DNA of 63,143 nt, filler included, from Octopus bimaculoides (lineage: Eukaryota), in assembly GCF_001194135.2 (NCBI RefSeq). It is 4 parts of 4 records of this genome, joined end to end, with 100 filler letters (N's around TTAATTAATTAA, not from the genome) between each part and the next. Parts side by side here need not be neighbours in the genome. Positions count along the whole stretch, not along the records: positions 22,757 to 45,855 come from NC_068981.1; positions 45,956 to 58,124 come from NC_068983.1; 2 more parts are not named here. One strand, given 5' to 3'. The number at the start of each line of letters is the position of its first letter. Position 1 is the stretch's first letter. The notes beneath the pieces were generated by a model that saw only the letters and a list, made by a program, of their open reading frames with translations, was not told the origin of the DNA and did no database searches. The position numbers were made by a program, and so were the translations under genes. Shown here one piece after another: positions 35,401-50,087 of the stretch.

Positions 35401-37779
35401 AGTGCATGGAGGATAATCGTTTTCTTTGCATCTCAAATAAACTCAGTTGAATACTCTTTCGGGCTTGTATCCATTGCAATAAACTGAGAGCTCTTTTCTG
35501 ATAACGAAGGCAAACCAAGGATTTTGTATATTATGCATAAACCTCGACCTGAAAGTCACTTAAAGATATTTAATTCTTTCTGCACTCAGCGCGTCCTGTA
35601 CGACTGAGTTGTCTATAATTCCATAAGATCTCTTTCAAATGTAACAGTGTTTATTCCGCCTAACTCATTGTCAGCTAATAGGGTGGCTATATGCTAAGTC
35701 TTTTTTTCTGCCTCGTCTACAGTGATTATTATCATGTCATAACAGAAGCATTTCGAAAGAGTTATAATTTAAAATCTTTCCCTTCATTGATTGCTGGGAC
35801 ACCGCATTCCGATTTGCAAGTATAGTAAAGGATCATAAGTTAATACTGGGACCTACTTTTTGCATTACCAGTGCGATATAATTACTTTAAGTTATCTCAA
35901 CAGATTTTCTATAGACTCTAGAGCTAGCACTGAATACCTCTATCTAAGCATTGCGACCGAAGATAGAAAAATAGGCAATAGATGCGTATGCATATTTCAG
36001 GAGTTATTGGATGTGGTGCTGAAGAAGAAGCAAAAAATCCTGCATATGCACCCATCACCTATTTTCTATCTTTGATCGCATTGTGTACATAGCCGTTTTT
36101 GTATACGAAATGTCGTAACTTTTAGTGACGACTCTAAATTCTATATATAAAAAAATCTAAAGAGATAATTTAAAAGTGACTCCCTTTATATTAATTATAT
36201 TTTTCTGTGATAGAAGAAATTTTAATAACCAGTACGTTCAATAATATTATCATTCATACAAAAAAAATAACAACAAAAATACCAGGTGTTATACCCAACA
36301 ATATGCATGTAAGCCAATAAGAAAAGAGCAACACGTGGCCAAACATGTTTAATGCACTCACATGTCCTACATTTAGCTTTCAAAAAGAAAAAAAAACAAC
36401 AACAACAACGGTGTACAAAACAATATATTAGAGCCGTCATAGGCTATGATAGTTTTACCTGGATCCCAAAGACCGCTGCACGTCTTGTGGAATCATAACT
36501 CTGCACCTGGAAAATTTCCTTGAAAGGTGTAGGGTTAGGCAAAGAATTTCGTGGAAGGCTAGCAGTTGCCCATGCATCTCCCCACGATATTCACGTTTCA
36601 AAGGAAAGTCAAAGGCGTATGTAGTTTGGCATCAGTTACTATCGATACTGCGGTCAGATCAGGAAAAGAAGGGATAAACGTTTGCAAGTAACTCGTTCGA
36701 GGTTGCGATCATTCCATCCACACTGGTCTGATACCAATCGACCCAGAAGGAGTAAAGTAATGATTGATTTTGGTGGAATTTGGATTCAGAACATTAAGAA
36801 CCGAAACAAATAGCAAAATTACTGTGTTCCACCCACCACTAATCTCTCCCCAATAAACTATAAAGTACATAAAGTACACATCATAACAGGTTATACACAG
36901 TACAAAAACCTGTCTTAAAAAATGAAAGAATATGTAAGATAATGTATTCATAAATATACACATGCATGAAAAGAAAAAAAAAAAAGATACAGTGGTTAGG
37001 ATTAAAATGTTTTTGGTCAAAGATCTTCTCAGTAACAACAACAACAACAACATTATTGGAGGATGGTAAACCGAATCTGTCGCGCCGTTTAAAATAATCA
37101 TCTGACCTTCGTGCACCTTCAGACCAGGTGCTTGGTCTTGAATAGATTTCCTCTATTGCTAAACAATAATAGCAACGACGTCGACGACGTTGTTGACTAC
37201 AACAAGAACAACCACAAAAGCATTTCTGAGGATGTGTTCAGCTAGAACAACATAGAGTTAAGCACGGGCTAACACACTTCATATATTGAGCCGAAAAGAA
37301 CTTTTAATGAATTGAAATTACACTTGTAATAAGAATAACTTTAGATCACCCATTTCGTGTATATATTCGTACATAGAAACGGTGGGATGGTCCAAATGAG
37401 TTTTAAATTTGCTGTTGGTACTTCGTTTTATTCCTTGATTATTCTGTTGTACAAGATACATATTTGAATGTCTATTTATCTGTACACATGCACCTCCTTA
37501 ATTCCCCAGCAGTTAAATTCAAGCAAAAAAATACAAGCCGCAACACTTGGAGAAAATGAGCCTTCACCATAAACTAAACCTCTCTTACTCAGCCTAACAC
37601 ATCCTACCAAACTATCATCCGAACTGTGAAGTGTGCAGTTGTGCATCACACAGCCCTAAAGATCGTCTGCTTTCAAAATAACAGTCGATCCTTTTAGTCA
37701 ATTACCCAAAGAGTCAAAATCTCTACTAATCTTTGTAGAACCTTTCTCTCCAAATTCACAACCTTGTCGGTTCTAAAAG

Positions 37780-38330
37780 CAGTACTTAGAGAAAGTTTCC
37801 ACATCACTGCTCGTTTTACATCTAGGTCCACACAACACACCTCATTTCGAATATCTCAAAGGTGATGGTTAATAAGAACATTCTCGATTATCTTGAATCT
37901 CTCTTCCTCTTTAATAACTACCAGCATGGCTTTCGTAAAGCTATATCTACTGGTGACTCACTTCCATGTATTATTCATCGTTGGGATCTCGCCCATCAGA
38001 AATATGGTGAAAACAATATCATTGCCTTCGACATCAGCAAAGCTTTCGATAATTTTTAGCATGAGAATCTCTTGTTAAAGCTGCCTGCCCAGGAATAATG
38101 GACAGGCTTCATCTCTCCCTCATCTCTTGGATCTGCAGCTTCCAGTCGGATTGCATGTTAATAGAGCTCTATGTCTTACAGTCTATATACTCTGTCTCAG
38201 GGTTCCGGCTTGTCCTCCCACTATTCCTCATATACATAAACGATCTACTTGGCTTCGCTTCAAATGACGTTCACACCACCGTAGATAATACAACTCTTCA
38301 ATACTCTTTAACCGTCTGTACCCAATGATC
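37780..38330 (+). pseudogene. Decayed Jockey/CR1-group reverse transcriptase fragment
   Basis: YQHGFRKAISTGD, FDISKAFD and PLFLIYINDLL motifs across frameshifts. Confidence 0.85.
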
Positions 38331-39607
38331 AATCTGTACGGGCAAAATAAGATACTTCAAATAATTCCCGTGTTGGCATGTGTTGAAACATCGACAAATA
38401 TGAGATAAAAGAAAGTTCGGCTTTTTGTTAAAACAATGTAACCCTTATTACGTCATAATAGAAGTATTTCAAAATAGAAATATTTTCAAAAGACTTCAGC
38501 TTCAATAAAATGCGAAAGACTTGGCGTCATAATGAACTAATTCTCTGAAAATACTCTGGACGAAAATTTCCAAAATATCGGAAAACAGATTTTTTCTATA
38601 TAAGACATAAAATTTATGAGATGAGAAAAGCAAGAATGTGTGAGGAGCACGTGACTTTAGGTTAATTGTACAATTTTACTGTGAGTATAAGTACTGTGAA
38701 TGAAATAAAACCGCTTCAGCCAGGAATAGAAACCATGCTGAGGATGCCACTTGATATACTAAAAAATATTTAATTTGTAGTGATTTCTAATTTGAATGAT
38801 GAAAGTGTTCCTAGTAATAGCTTTTGACGTTTAGAGAAATCTGATCTGTCCGCTGCAGTCAGAGTGAAAACAGTCACTAACCAGATAGCCCCACCACCGC
38901 CTTCAGTGTTGCTCATGTCCAGGATTACTGATTTATCATCTGAGTTTAGATCCAGGCCTCTTTGAAATAACCTTGCTAAGTCACTCGATCCGGACCGACC
39001 GAAGAGGGCATTTTTCATAGCCCGTTTTTCTGTGAATGTAACCCCCCCCCCCCCGATTTCCCACTTCCATTGCCTCTCGCATTTCTTTCCATTCAAAATC
39101 AAAATGGTACAGGATGCCCGATTTTCGGGTGCGATCAACACCTGGCACTCCAGAGACATTGTTGTTTTTCCTTGTTGGTGATGGGGCTGATTTCAAATTT
39201 ATTATCTCTCCTGTGTTCTTCCAAACATATAATTTCTCCTGTGTTCTTTTTACATCACTCCTGTGTTTTTCTTTATATCACTCACGTCTGGACCCAATGG
39301 AGAAGAACGTTTCTAATTTTTATATTTGTTACTCACTTATTGTTATATAGAAGAAGAATATATCGAAGGATCAAACTAACATTATTTGATATACCTGTAC
39401 ATAATCACCACATACATATTTCTAAAGTAGAATCAGCATTAGCTAATTGTTTCTAAGCAAAGCAAACGGTTATTGAGATTCACAGTCATAGAACAATAAA
39501 AATGATTATTACGTCATAGCTTTACAAACCTAATTTATCCTACGGAACACAACGAGCCAACTTTTCTCTTATTTTTTCTTTTCTTTTTCATCTTTTTGAA
39601 GTGTTTA

Positions 39608-39996
39608 TTTATTACCTCCGCCAAGGAAGGAGGTTATGTTTTCATCGGCGTTGATTTGTCCGTCTTTCCGTCTGTGTGCAAAATAACTCAAAAGGTTGTG
39701 AACGGTATTTGAGGAAACTTGCAGGAAAAGTTGGTAATGACACAACGAACAGATGATAAAACTTTGGTAGTGATCCGGGAATTTTTATGGATTCTTGAAG
39801 GATTTTTCATTTGTTATATTTGCTTTATATGAAGTATTACAAGGTTATGTTCTTTGATTATCTCCCTTGAAAACACGTTCATCGTTTCCACATAACCTAT
39901 GGTAGTGTTGCTGTTTCCGAAGTTTATTTTTGTTTCTCTATTAGTAATTTCACACGCGTATCTATCTTAAAATGAGCTGCTTGGCGGAGGTCTGCG
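39608..39996 (+). mobile_element. Helentron/HINE-like non-autonomous element; second remnant at 40850-40964
   Basis: Subterminal inverted repeat CCTCCGCCAAG (39615-39625) / CTTGGCGGAGG (39980-39990) and GTCC/GTCT microrepeat near the 5' end. The second copy keeps the 3' GCGCTCTCCGAGTGC hairpin. Confidence 0.65.
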
Positions 39997-40490
39997 GAGG
40001 ATGACATGACAAGCCTTGACTATTGTGATCGACTCAAAAAGCTCAGGCTTTGCTCCCTCCACCGCCGCTGTGAGCGCTATATCATCTGTATGATGTGGAA
40101 AATATCCCATCAACATTGCCCAACTTTAAAATTCGTCTGAGGCTTGGCCCCCGCCCCGTGCCATCCGTCCATTACAGAAATGTTCGTGTCGTATCACAAC
40201 ACTATGACAGAACTATTTCACCTTAATTGGCCCTGCTCTCTTCAACATCGTGCCAGACACACATAAAGGAGGAAAGTGACTTCACGGCATTCAAACGATC
40301 CCAAGATGATTACCCCCAACAAATACCAGATAAACCACCCACACCCAGATATGTCTCTGAAAACAATAACCCTCTGCTTGAATGGGCTACGGTTCCTCAG
40401 AGCTGACTGTGTATCTCTTCCAGGTGGTGCTATTGAATTAGACATGGCCTGAGTCAACTTCGGCCGAAACTTATCTAAGTAATCTAATCT
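39997..40490 (+). mobile_element. CR1/L2-group LINE 3' end
   Basis: SLDYCDRLKKLRLCSLHRRCERYII C-terminal RT motif and short (ATCTA)-type tail. Confidence 0.8.
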
Positions 40491-41642
40491 ATGCTGTAAT
40501 TTTTTAATCAAAGCATGGCAACGTGGGTAGTGGCTGATATCTTAACATTTCTGATGGTCTAAAGTATAAAAAAAATTATTAAAGATTTATATAGAACTAC
40601 ATTCAGAGTATGTCTATAAGCTATTGTATTTAGCCCTGGTTTCTATCGTCAAACTGCTCCGTTTTGTAGATGTGATTTTTTTTTAATAAAGCACTTCGAA
40701 ATTAGAAAAATCAAAAATCTGCAACAATCTTGGTCCCATGAGTATCGGATAATGGATTTTCAACTGTGTAAAGAAACTGATTGTGGTGATCGTAGTTTTG
40801 ACGGTGATTATGGTGAAAGCAGAAACAGTGTTGATGATGAGGATGGTCGAGATATGTTTTTGCCGGCGTTGGTTTGGGAAATTGAGCGATTTTCAGCATG
40901 CGTGTATATGGGTGGAAATGAGCTGCTTAGCAGAGGTCTGCGCTCTCCGAGTGCTTTTCTAGTTATAAAGTATTTTTCAATTGGAAAAAAAAAAAAAAAA
41001 AAATATGGAACTGCTATTTTTGCCAACAAAATTTAAACTAAGATTTCGTATGATGACACCATAAAAATAACTAAAGTGACAATGTAAACAAAACAAGGCA
41101 TTCATAACTGGTAAAATGTTTGGAGAAATGATATACAATTCCAAGCTGGCAATATTAAAACTGATACTTATTAGGATGGAGAGTTGCTGGTATAGTTAGC
41201 ACGCTAGACGAAATGCCTAGCGTCATTTCGTACATGTTCTGAGTTCAAATTCCGCCGAGGTCGACTTTGTTTTTCATCCTTTCGGGGTCGATAAAATAAG
41301 CACCAGTTGAGGACCGGGGTCGATGTAATCGACTTACTCCTTCCTCTGAAATCGTTGAGCTTGTAACAAAATTCGAAATCAGTATTAAAACTGATTCGAC
41401 ACAGTAACCCAGATATTTCACTATTCTTTTCTACTCAAGGCAGAAGGCTCGAAATTTTTGGGGAGTGGGGCCAGTCGATTAGATCGACCCCAGTACGCAA
41501 CTGGTACTTAATTTATATATATATATATTGATAAAAAGTGTAGGTGGCATACGAGTGGGTATATNNNNNNNNNNNNNNNNNNNNNNNNNNNNNNNNNNNN
41601 NNNNNNNNNNNNNNNNNNNNNNNNNNNNNNNNNNNNNNNNNN

Positions 41643-41872
41643 AACGCCACTTTATCAGATAAATTTTCATTTTCTCAGAGATATTTTACATGTTTCGGTT
41701 CTTGAAAAAACGAACCTTATCAAAAATACATATTTTTAAAATGTAATTAAAAGAAAAGTTCATGATTGTCATTTTTAAAAATATGTATTTTTGATAAGGT
41801 TCGTTTTTTTCAAGAACTGAAACATGTAAAATATCTCTGAGAAAATTAAAATTTATCTGATATAGTGGCGTT
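41643..41872. mobile_element. Foldback/MITE with about 100-bp TIRs, inserted into a SINE E copy at a (TA)n site
   Basis: 41643-41743 versus 41770-41872 are near-identical reverse complements. SINE E halves at 41440-41515 and 41900-42028 flank it. Confidence 0.85.
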
Positions 41873-42454
41873 TTGAAACTTCTTATATATATATATATGA
41901 TTTATCGACCTCGAAAGGATGAAAGGCAAAGTCGACCTCGGTGGAATTTGAACTCAGAACGTAACGGAAGACGAAATACCGCTAAGCATTTCGCCCGGCG
42001 TGCTAACGTTTCTGCCAGCTCGCCGCTTTCAAATACTTCAATAGTAATAATAACATCAGCAAGATGTTACTTCACAGTAAGATGAGAAGCAAAAATATGT
42101 AAAACACCGGAATTTTCTGTAATTTCAGCTTCTATTATATTACTGAACCTTTCGTTTAGTTTTAGCATACATTATCATGTTCGTTATAAACGACACTGTG
42201 AAATAGATAGACGTATATTTTTACACTAATGATTTATAGGTACGTGGTATATAGTTATGTAACCATAATATACTATAAAGTATATTGAACGTTTTTTTAT
42301 AATTCAATACCACGTTCTACTTCGCTAGTGCACTTTACATTATTTGTTAAGGTTTTTCAACAGATATTCTATAGAAATTATTGACAGCATTAATTTTTAC
42401 TATTACGTTTCGAATACGAGATGTCGGACGTAAACAAACAATGAGATCGAAAAT

Positions 42455-43115
42455 GAAAAAAGTGGATTCTTTACGTCAACCGGCAACGCTCAGCTCAGTG
42501 GTTGGACGCCGATGAAGCCCCACGGCACTTCCCGAAAGTTGCACCAAAAGAAGGTCATGGTGACTGTTTGGTGGTCTGCGACTGGTCTCATCCATCACAG
42601 CTTTTTGGATCCAGGCGAAACCATTACGGCGGAGAAGTGCTGTCAGCAAATGGATGAAATGCATTAGAAACTCCGACAACACCCAGCATTGGTCAATAGA
42701 AAAGGACCAATTCTTCTCCACGACAACTCTTGACCGCACGTCGCACAACTGACCCTGCAGAAGTTGAACGAATTGGGCTCCAAAACTCATCCGCCATACT
42801 CACCAGACCTCTCGTCTACCGACTACCACTTTTTCAAGCATCTCGACAACTTCCTGCGTGAGAAATGCTTCAAAAACCAAGACGNNNNNNNNNNTCGACA
42901 ACTTCCTGCGTGAGAAATGCTTCAAAAACCAAGACGATGCCAAACACGCCTTCAACGACTTCATCGCCACCAGAACGCAGGATTTTTACGCTAATGGCAT
43001 AAAAAAACTTGTTTTGCGTTGGCAAAAGTGTGTTGATTCTGATGGTGTTTATTTCGATTAACAAAGTTTTGTTTGGGCCAAAATATGTGCATCTGAATTT
43101 AAAGGTTAAAAACCG
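42455..43115 (+). pseudogene. Mariner (Hsmar1/cecropia-like) transposase 3' half
   Basis: EKWILY, KKVMVTVWW, LLHDNS, HPPYSPDLSSTDYHFF and RWQKCVDSDGVYFD* motifs. Confidence 0.92.
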
Positions 43116-43676
43116 CAAGAATCTAATATTTCGTTATACTATAAAGTATATTAAACGTTTTTGAAAGTCAGCACCACGATCTACTGTGTTAACAGTGCGC
43201 TTTACATTATTTGTTAAGATTATTTCTACAGATATTCTATAAAAATTACTGATTTTTGCTACTGCGTTTCGTATATATTTTTATATCAACTATCACTGTG
43301 AACTATATATAAACTCTTTAACATAAGCATCTAAATCTGAACAGCTGATAATATAGTTTTTGATAATGATTATTACTTAGTAATGTGTAAAATGCAGTCA
43401 TGGTAATTTTTGTTCTTTGAATGTAGGTATAAAAAAGTAATTATATCTCAGATATTATAGCTTGAAATTGGAGCTATTCACTACATTATATCAAGAACAT
43501 TCACCACACACACATTGTCAAAATAGGAATATGCATTAATTAATCACCAGGTACTAAAACCAACATCAATGACAAATACGTTGTCTTTATGGTAGCAGCT
43601 TCGCAGTATTATACATTCATGCACACACACACACATACGCACGCACACACACGCACGCACACGCAAACACACGCAT

Positions 43677-43746
<70 letters not shown>

Positions 43747-45809
43747 ATATGCATCTAAATATAAATTAAATATTCGCTAACACATGCATGTATGTCTGTG
43801 AACGTAGTTATTATGTAATTTCTTTTGAAATGAAGTTTAGTTATGATGTGTAAGAGGTCAGATAATATTGACTCATGCAGCATAGAAAGTATGTTCTTAT
43901 TGTTATATAGCCTCAGGTAAGTTATAGTGGAGAAAATCTATGAGCAATGCATTCCAGCCATAACTATTCCATATTTTTTTCCTGTTATAGTGTATGTAGA
44001 ACCACATGATCCAACGTGTACTTTTCTTTTTAAAGACGTACACGTGATTTGTAGATTTGGCTGCTGTTTATCACAAATCAAGACATTACATGCAAAGGCC
44101 CCCACCGGTTGGAAAATGTGCATATTGTGTTGGGAATTGCTGTAACATTCTGGAACATAATATCAACAGCAGGTGAAGTGATGTATATAAAAGTTCAGTT
44201 ACTTTGCTTCCACGTGATTCTACTGGAACAGAATAAATACAGAACTGTCAGTTATTCTTTTATGTTAAATTATTCCTTACAAATTCCTGACAGAACTTAG
44301 ACATAGAACACTTGATTTCTCATTTGTACCTGGTTACTTTTGATATGCATTCATTTACTGATATCTTACATGACGAAACAGTTACAACGTCTAGACTCGG
44401 GAAGATGCCAACTTACGACATAAAGTCGAATGTTCGTACCTTATCATTGGCAGAATACTACTTCCTTGATTATCAGTAGACCAGCCCACTTATCTGCACA
44501 GACACATTTAATTTCTATAAGCAATAGGAGTGCAGCATAACTGAGGAGTGTCTCATTACCCTGCATAACTGAACTTAAATACTCCACTCAGCAAAACTGT
44601 GTTCATTTCTCAGTTCCAAAACCGACACTTCACCATATACTTGTAACAGTGGTTAGTAATAGAAAGCTAAAACAGATTGCTAACTGATACATACAAGGTT
44701 CATGCTGAAAGTGGTTGTCATGTTATCAGATCTTTGGTAAGTTTTGTAAATATTAACTATATTGCAGAAAACTATTGAGTAGATTAGCTCAATGATTGTA
44801 ACGGGTTTATATGAGAATCAGCATCCAAACACCCAACAAATTACAAAACATACATATATCTTATTATAAATAAGCCTTTCTACAAGAGGCACAAGGCCTG
44901 AAATTTTGGGGAAGGGGGCTGGTTGATTATATCGACCCAAGTGTAACTGATACTTATTTTATCAGCTTCGAGAAAATGAAAGCAATATCGACCACGACGA
45001 AATTTGAATCCAGAACAGAAAGAACCGGAAAAAATACCGCTGAGCATTTTGACCTATGCACTAACGATTCTGCTCACTGGATGTCTTAATATCTAACTAC
45101 AATAATAATTATGACATTTATCATGATTACTTCCTTTGTACCCGGTTCAGTCAAGTAACTAAAGAACAAATAACAGAGATTTGACAGTTTCCAAATTACT
45201 TTTTCCATCAACCAACCAGCTTGTCTGTTTTAAGTCTTTAATTAATGCATGCACAAATTGTTTAGATGTCTCACGTATAAAAAACTATAGACATCATCTC
45301 TTCATTCACTTGCCTTATTGCTAGTAAATGGATTTCTCCCTCTGATACTCTACAAAATATCGTAGTCAAACGACCACATGATGCTGGATGATAAAATGGA
45401 GGACTGCTTCCTCATTACCCACAAAGCATTATGAGAATGACCCATATGCTGCAGTAATAAACGATTCTAATTACTAATAATTATCTCCTATTTATAACTG
45501 CTCGTTAAAAATACAATCCAACCAAACAATCCTAGATTGTTTTGGAAAGCGTTCCCCAACCTTTTGATGCACCAGCAGACCTGTTTTATGCTAGATCATT
45601 TTTTCACGAACTCGGGAGCAGGGTGGGGGTCACATGCATAACAAAATACAAGAACGTAATTCATAATTTAATTATTACACATGTAATGCATATACATGTA
45701 CATACATAAATACATACATACATAGATACATACATACATACATACATACATATACATACATACATACATGCATACATACATACATGCATACATACATACA
45801 TACATACAT

Positions 45810-45848
<39 letters not shown>

Positions 45849-45955
45849 CATATATNNNNNNNNNNNNNNNNNNNNNNNNNNNNNNNNNNNNNNNNNNNNT
45901 TAATTAATTAANNNNNNNNNNNNNNNNNNNNNNNNNNNNNNNNNNNNNNNNNNNN

Positions 45956-45999
<44 letters not shown>

Positions 46000-46081
46000 T
46001 CACGTAGCTCCTCATAGCGTGAGACATTTATGTGCAGTAATGCATTACATGTATGTATGTATGTATGTATCTGTGTGTGTG

Positions 46082-46375
46082 TATGTTAAGAAGCTTGCTT
46101 CTCAACCACATGGTTCCGGGTTCAGTCCTATTGCGTGGAACCTTGGGCAAGTGTCGTCTACTATAGCCTCGGGCCGACCAAAGCCTTGTGAGTTGATTTG
46201 GTAGATGGAAACTGAAAGAAGCCCGTCGTATATATATATATGTGTGTGTGTATTTATGTGCGTGTATCTTTTTGTATCTATATTTGTCTCCCCACCACCA
46301 TTCATTGAAAACCGATGTCACTGTGACTTAGCGGTTCAGCAAAAGTGACCGATAGAATAAGTACTAGGCTTACAA
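46082..46375 (+). mobile_element. SINE family A
   Basis: Head, microsatellite and start of tail, truncated by a gap. Another head at 61358-61515. Confidence 0.85.
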
Positions 46376-48165
46376 NNNNNNNNNNTATATATATATATAT
46401 ACCTACATACTCACACAGGTATGAATATACGTACATATATGTGGTATATATACTTACTAATTTATACATACGTATATATACACACCCGCGCACAGACGCG
46501 CGCGCGCGCGCTGACCATTTCCACGTCGACGTCTTTCCACTCAGTTGTGATTATAACACACGGGTGTTACAAAACAGCCAATTACTGCAATTATTGCGAT
46601 CTACGCTTTTAATTCGCAGAACCTTTCACCGTCGACGCCTTGTTTCCTTGTTTGAAGACATTCGCCATGTATTCAGCAACCAGCTGAGAATATGTAAACG
46701 CTGCTTACACAGTTACCTGTTGTGTCACTTTTAATGGAAGGTGTTACTTTTTTCTAACCGCCTTTCGCCTTTCATTTTTATTTTTTTCTCAACATGCACA
46801 TTCTTTAGTCGATTCGCTCTACTGTAAATTATGTTAACATTTATGCAAAACTATTTACGTTATAAATCCGTATTTACTCTCTTGGGAGGTTGGGTGTCTG
46901 TCGGGTGGTTTGGGGTGTTTTTTATTTGCTTTTTTTTCTTTCTTTTAGCTTTTGCTTTCAGATATTGGACTGCGGCCTTGCTGGGGCTTTGTCTTGGAAG
47001 GTTTTAGGCAACGAACAAGTCTCACCCCGAGAAGTACATATTTNNNNNNNNNNNNNNNNNNNNNNNNNNNNNNNNNNNNNNNNNNNNNNNNNNNNNNNNN
47101 NNNNNNNNNNNNNNNNNNNNNNNNNNNNNNNNNNNNNNNNNNNNNNNNNNNNNNNNNNNNNNNNNNNNNNNNNNNNNNNNNNNNNNNNNNNNNNNNNNNN
47201 NNNNNNNNNNNNNNNNNNNNNNNNNNNNNNNNNNNNNNNNNNNNNNNNNNNNNNNNNNNNNNNNNNNNNNNNNNNNNNNNNNNNNNNNNNNNNNNNNNNN
47301 NNNNNNNNNNNNNNNNNNNNNNNNNNNNNNNNNNNNNNNNNNNNNNNNNNNNNNNNNNNNNNNNNNNNNNNNNNNNNNNNNNNNNNNNNNNNNNNNNNNN
47401 NNNNNNNNNNNNNNNNNNNNNNNNNNNNNNNNNNNNNNNNNNNNNNNNNNNNNNNNNNNNNNNNNNNNNNNNNNNNNNNNNNNNNNNNNNNNNNNNNNNN
47501 NNNNNNNNNNNNNNNNNNNNNNNNNNNNNNNNNNNNNNNNNNNNNNNNNNNNNNNNNNNNNNNNNNNNNNNNNNNNNNNNNNNNNNNNNNNNNNNNNNNN
47601 NNNNNNNNNNNNNNNNNNNNNNNNNNNNNNNNNNNNNNNNNNNNNNNNNNNNNNNNNNNNNNNNNNNNNNNNNNNNNNNNNNNNNNNNNNNNNNNNNNNN
47701 NNNNNNNNNNNNNNNNNNNNNNNNNNNNNNNNNNNNNNNNNNNNNNNNNNNNNNNNNNNNNNNNNNNNNNNNNNNNNNNNNNNNNNNNNNNNNNNNNNNN
47801 NNNNNNNNNNNNNNNNNNNNNNNNNNNNNNNNNNNNNNNNNNNNNNNNNNNNNNNNNNNNNNNNNNNNNNNNNNNNNNNNNNNNNNNNNNNNNNNNNNNN
47901 NNNNNNNNNNNNNNNNNNNNNNNNNNNNNNNNNNNNNNNNNNNNNNNNNNNNNNNNNNNNNNNNNNNNNNNNNNNNNNNNNNNNNNNNNNNNNNNNNNNN
48001 NNNNNNNNNNNNNNNNNNNNNTATGCATGTTTGTGCGTGCTGTGAGTGCACGTTAGCGTGTATAATGAGAATTAGGCTTGTGTCTTTCGTTTGAGTATGA
48101 GCTTGTATGTGTGCGCGTGCGTGGTTTCTATGTTTGTGTATGTACACATGTCCGTATGCGAGATT

Positions 48166-48196
<31 letters not shown>

Positions 48197-48992
48197 CTTT
48201 CGAGAGCGGTACTTATATTATATTCAACACCAGTCGATGAATGTCTAATGAGCTGTAAATTAAAGCTGAACATCACTGTACGCTCGGTTCAAGTGCGGGG
48301 ACAGGCAGGCCCTTAACTCTAGCTAGACGGATCCCCTTCAGGGACCATAATAGAGATGTAAATATATGTTTACTCCCCGGCTTTTTTTCTTCTTTCTTAT
48401 TGTTCTTCTCCCCCACTACATTCTCCATACATACATACATCCATGTATGGCTCGGCGCTCTGTTCCCGCCCTTGCCCTGCTACATTTTAAACTACACAAT
48501 GGAAAATTGAATGGACCTAAATAAATAGAGTGCGTTAAGAGGCAATAATACAACGATAACAGCGACAATATCAACAACAACAACATGAGCAAGGTGTTCA
48601 CCTAGAAGGGTACGACGAAGAAGATGGTGGAAAAGAGAGAGGAGGAGCGGGATGAGGAGGGAGAGAAAGGGGGGGATTGGAATGATAGCATTAATAACAT
48701 AATTAAATGATCATAATAAATGCAACGAAAATAACACATCAACAACAACATCAACAACAAGGACAATAACAACGGCAGCAGCACTGACAACGAAAATAAT
48801 ACGAACAACGATGACAGCGATGACAGCGATGACAACGATGACAACGATGACAATGATACTACAACAATAATAGCAATGGCGACTACGACGACGACGGCCA
48901 AAGTGACACAAAGGACGGCGGGAGTAAGGGTGGCAGCAACAAGAACTACAACAACAAAATTAGCTCTGATAACACTAATATGGTATTGAAGA

Positions 48993-49367
48993 GTGGAGGC
49001 GCAATGGCCCAGTGGTTAGGGCAGCGGACTCGCGGTCATAGGATCGCGGTTTCGATTCTCAGACTGGGCATTGTGAGTGCTTATTAAGCGAAAACACCTA
49101 AGGCTCCGGCAGGGGATGGTGGCGAACCCTGCTGTATTCTTTCACCACAATTTTCTCTCACTCTTACTTCCTGTTTCTGTTGTGCCTGTAATTCAAAGGG
49201 CCAGCCTTGTCACACTATGTCACGCTGAATATCCCCGAGAACTACGTTAAGGGGTACACGTGTCTGTGGAGTGCTCAGCCACTTGCACGTTAATTTCACG
49301 AGCAGGCTGTTCCGTTGATCGGATCAACTGGAACCCTCGACGTCGTAAGCGACGGAGTGCCAACAAC
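48993..49367 (+). mobile_element. SINE family B, full length
   Basis: 11-bp TSD G(G/A)TATTGAAGA with one mismatch (48982-48992 / 49368-49378). Confidence 0.9.
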
Positions 49368-49924
49368 GATATTGAAGAATCATTAAAATTTACAAGACTA
49401 ATATATCACAGCAACAATATGACAATAATAAAAATAAAACATTAAAAAACAATAACAATGATGAAGACAACCAGTTCTTTTATTTGCCACAAGGGCGGTG
49501 GATGAGGGGAGGTCATTGTAACGATAGTAATGATCACATAAACAGACCGAAGGCGAGAAGTTTCGGGAAGAAAGACTAGGGAATTATATTTATTCGTGTA
49601 CATGATCTATATGGGTTTCAAGTTTTGGCACAAGGCCAGCAATTTCGGGGGAGGGGAAAAGTCGGTTACATTGAACGCCCTCCCAAGTGCTTCGAAAGGA
49701 GGAAAGGCGAAGTTGACCTCGGCGGAATTTGAACTCAGAACGTAAACACGTACGAAATGGTGCTGAGCATTTTGCTCTACGTGATAACGATTCTACCAGC
49801 TCGCTGCCTTGAGTACATGACGAATACCAACAACCCTGGAAGTAATTGATAATGTGTTTTATAACCGCTGAAGGATTAAAAGCAAAACTGACTTCCCTAG
49901 GATTTGGAATCAGAATTTGATATA

Positions 49925-50087
49925 CCGTATTTTAACGTGAAAGAAGGGACCCCCTAATTTTGGGGGCTTCAAATTTGGAAAACAGGTTTTGTTAGAGATT
50001 TAAATACTATCTCTGTATAAGAAACTCCCATATTTTTTAAACCTAATTTTTGACAAAAAAGGGTTAATTATTTACGTTAAAATACAG
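49925..50087. mobile_element. Tc2/pogo-like MITE
   Basis: TA-CCGTATTTTAACGT...ACGTTAAAATACAG-TA. Confidence 0.75.

Noticed and set aside
34700-35750. Unique 1-kb stretch with broken minus-strand frames and a Cys cluster (CNYCHSQKNC)
   Set aside because: Possibly a decayed retroelement ORF1, but stops are frequent and no canonical zinc-knuckle motif is present.
38770-39159. 129-aa minus-strand ORF
   Set aside because: No motif recognised, it crosses a poly-C tract, and the opposite strand is similarly open.
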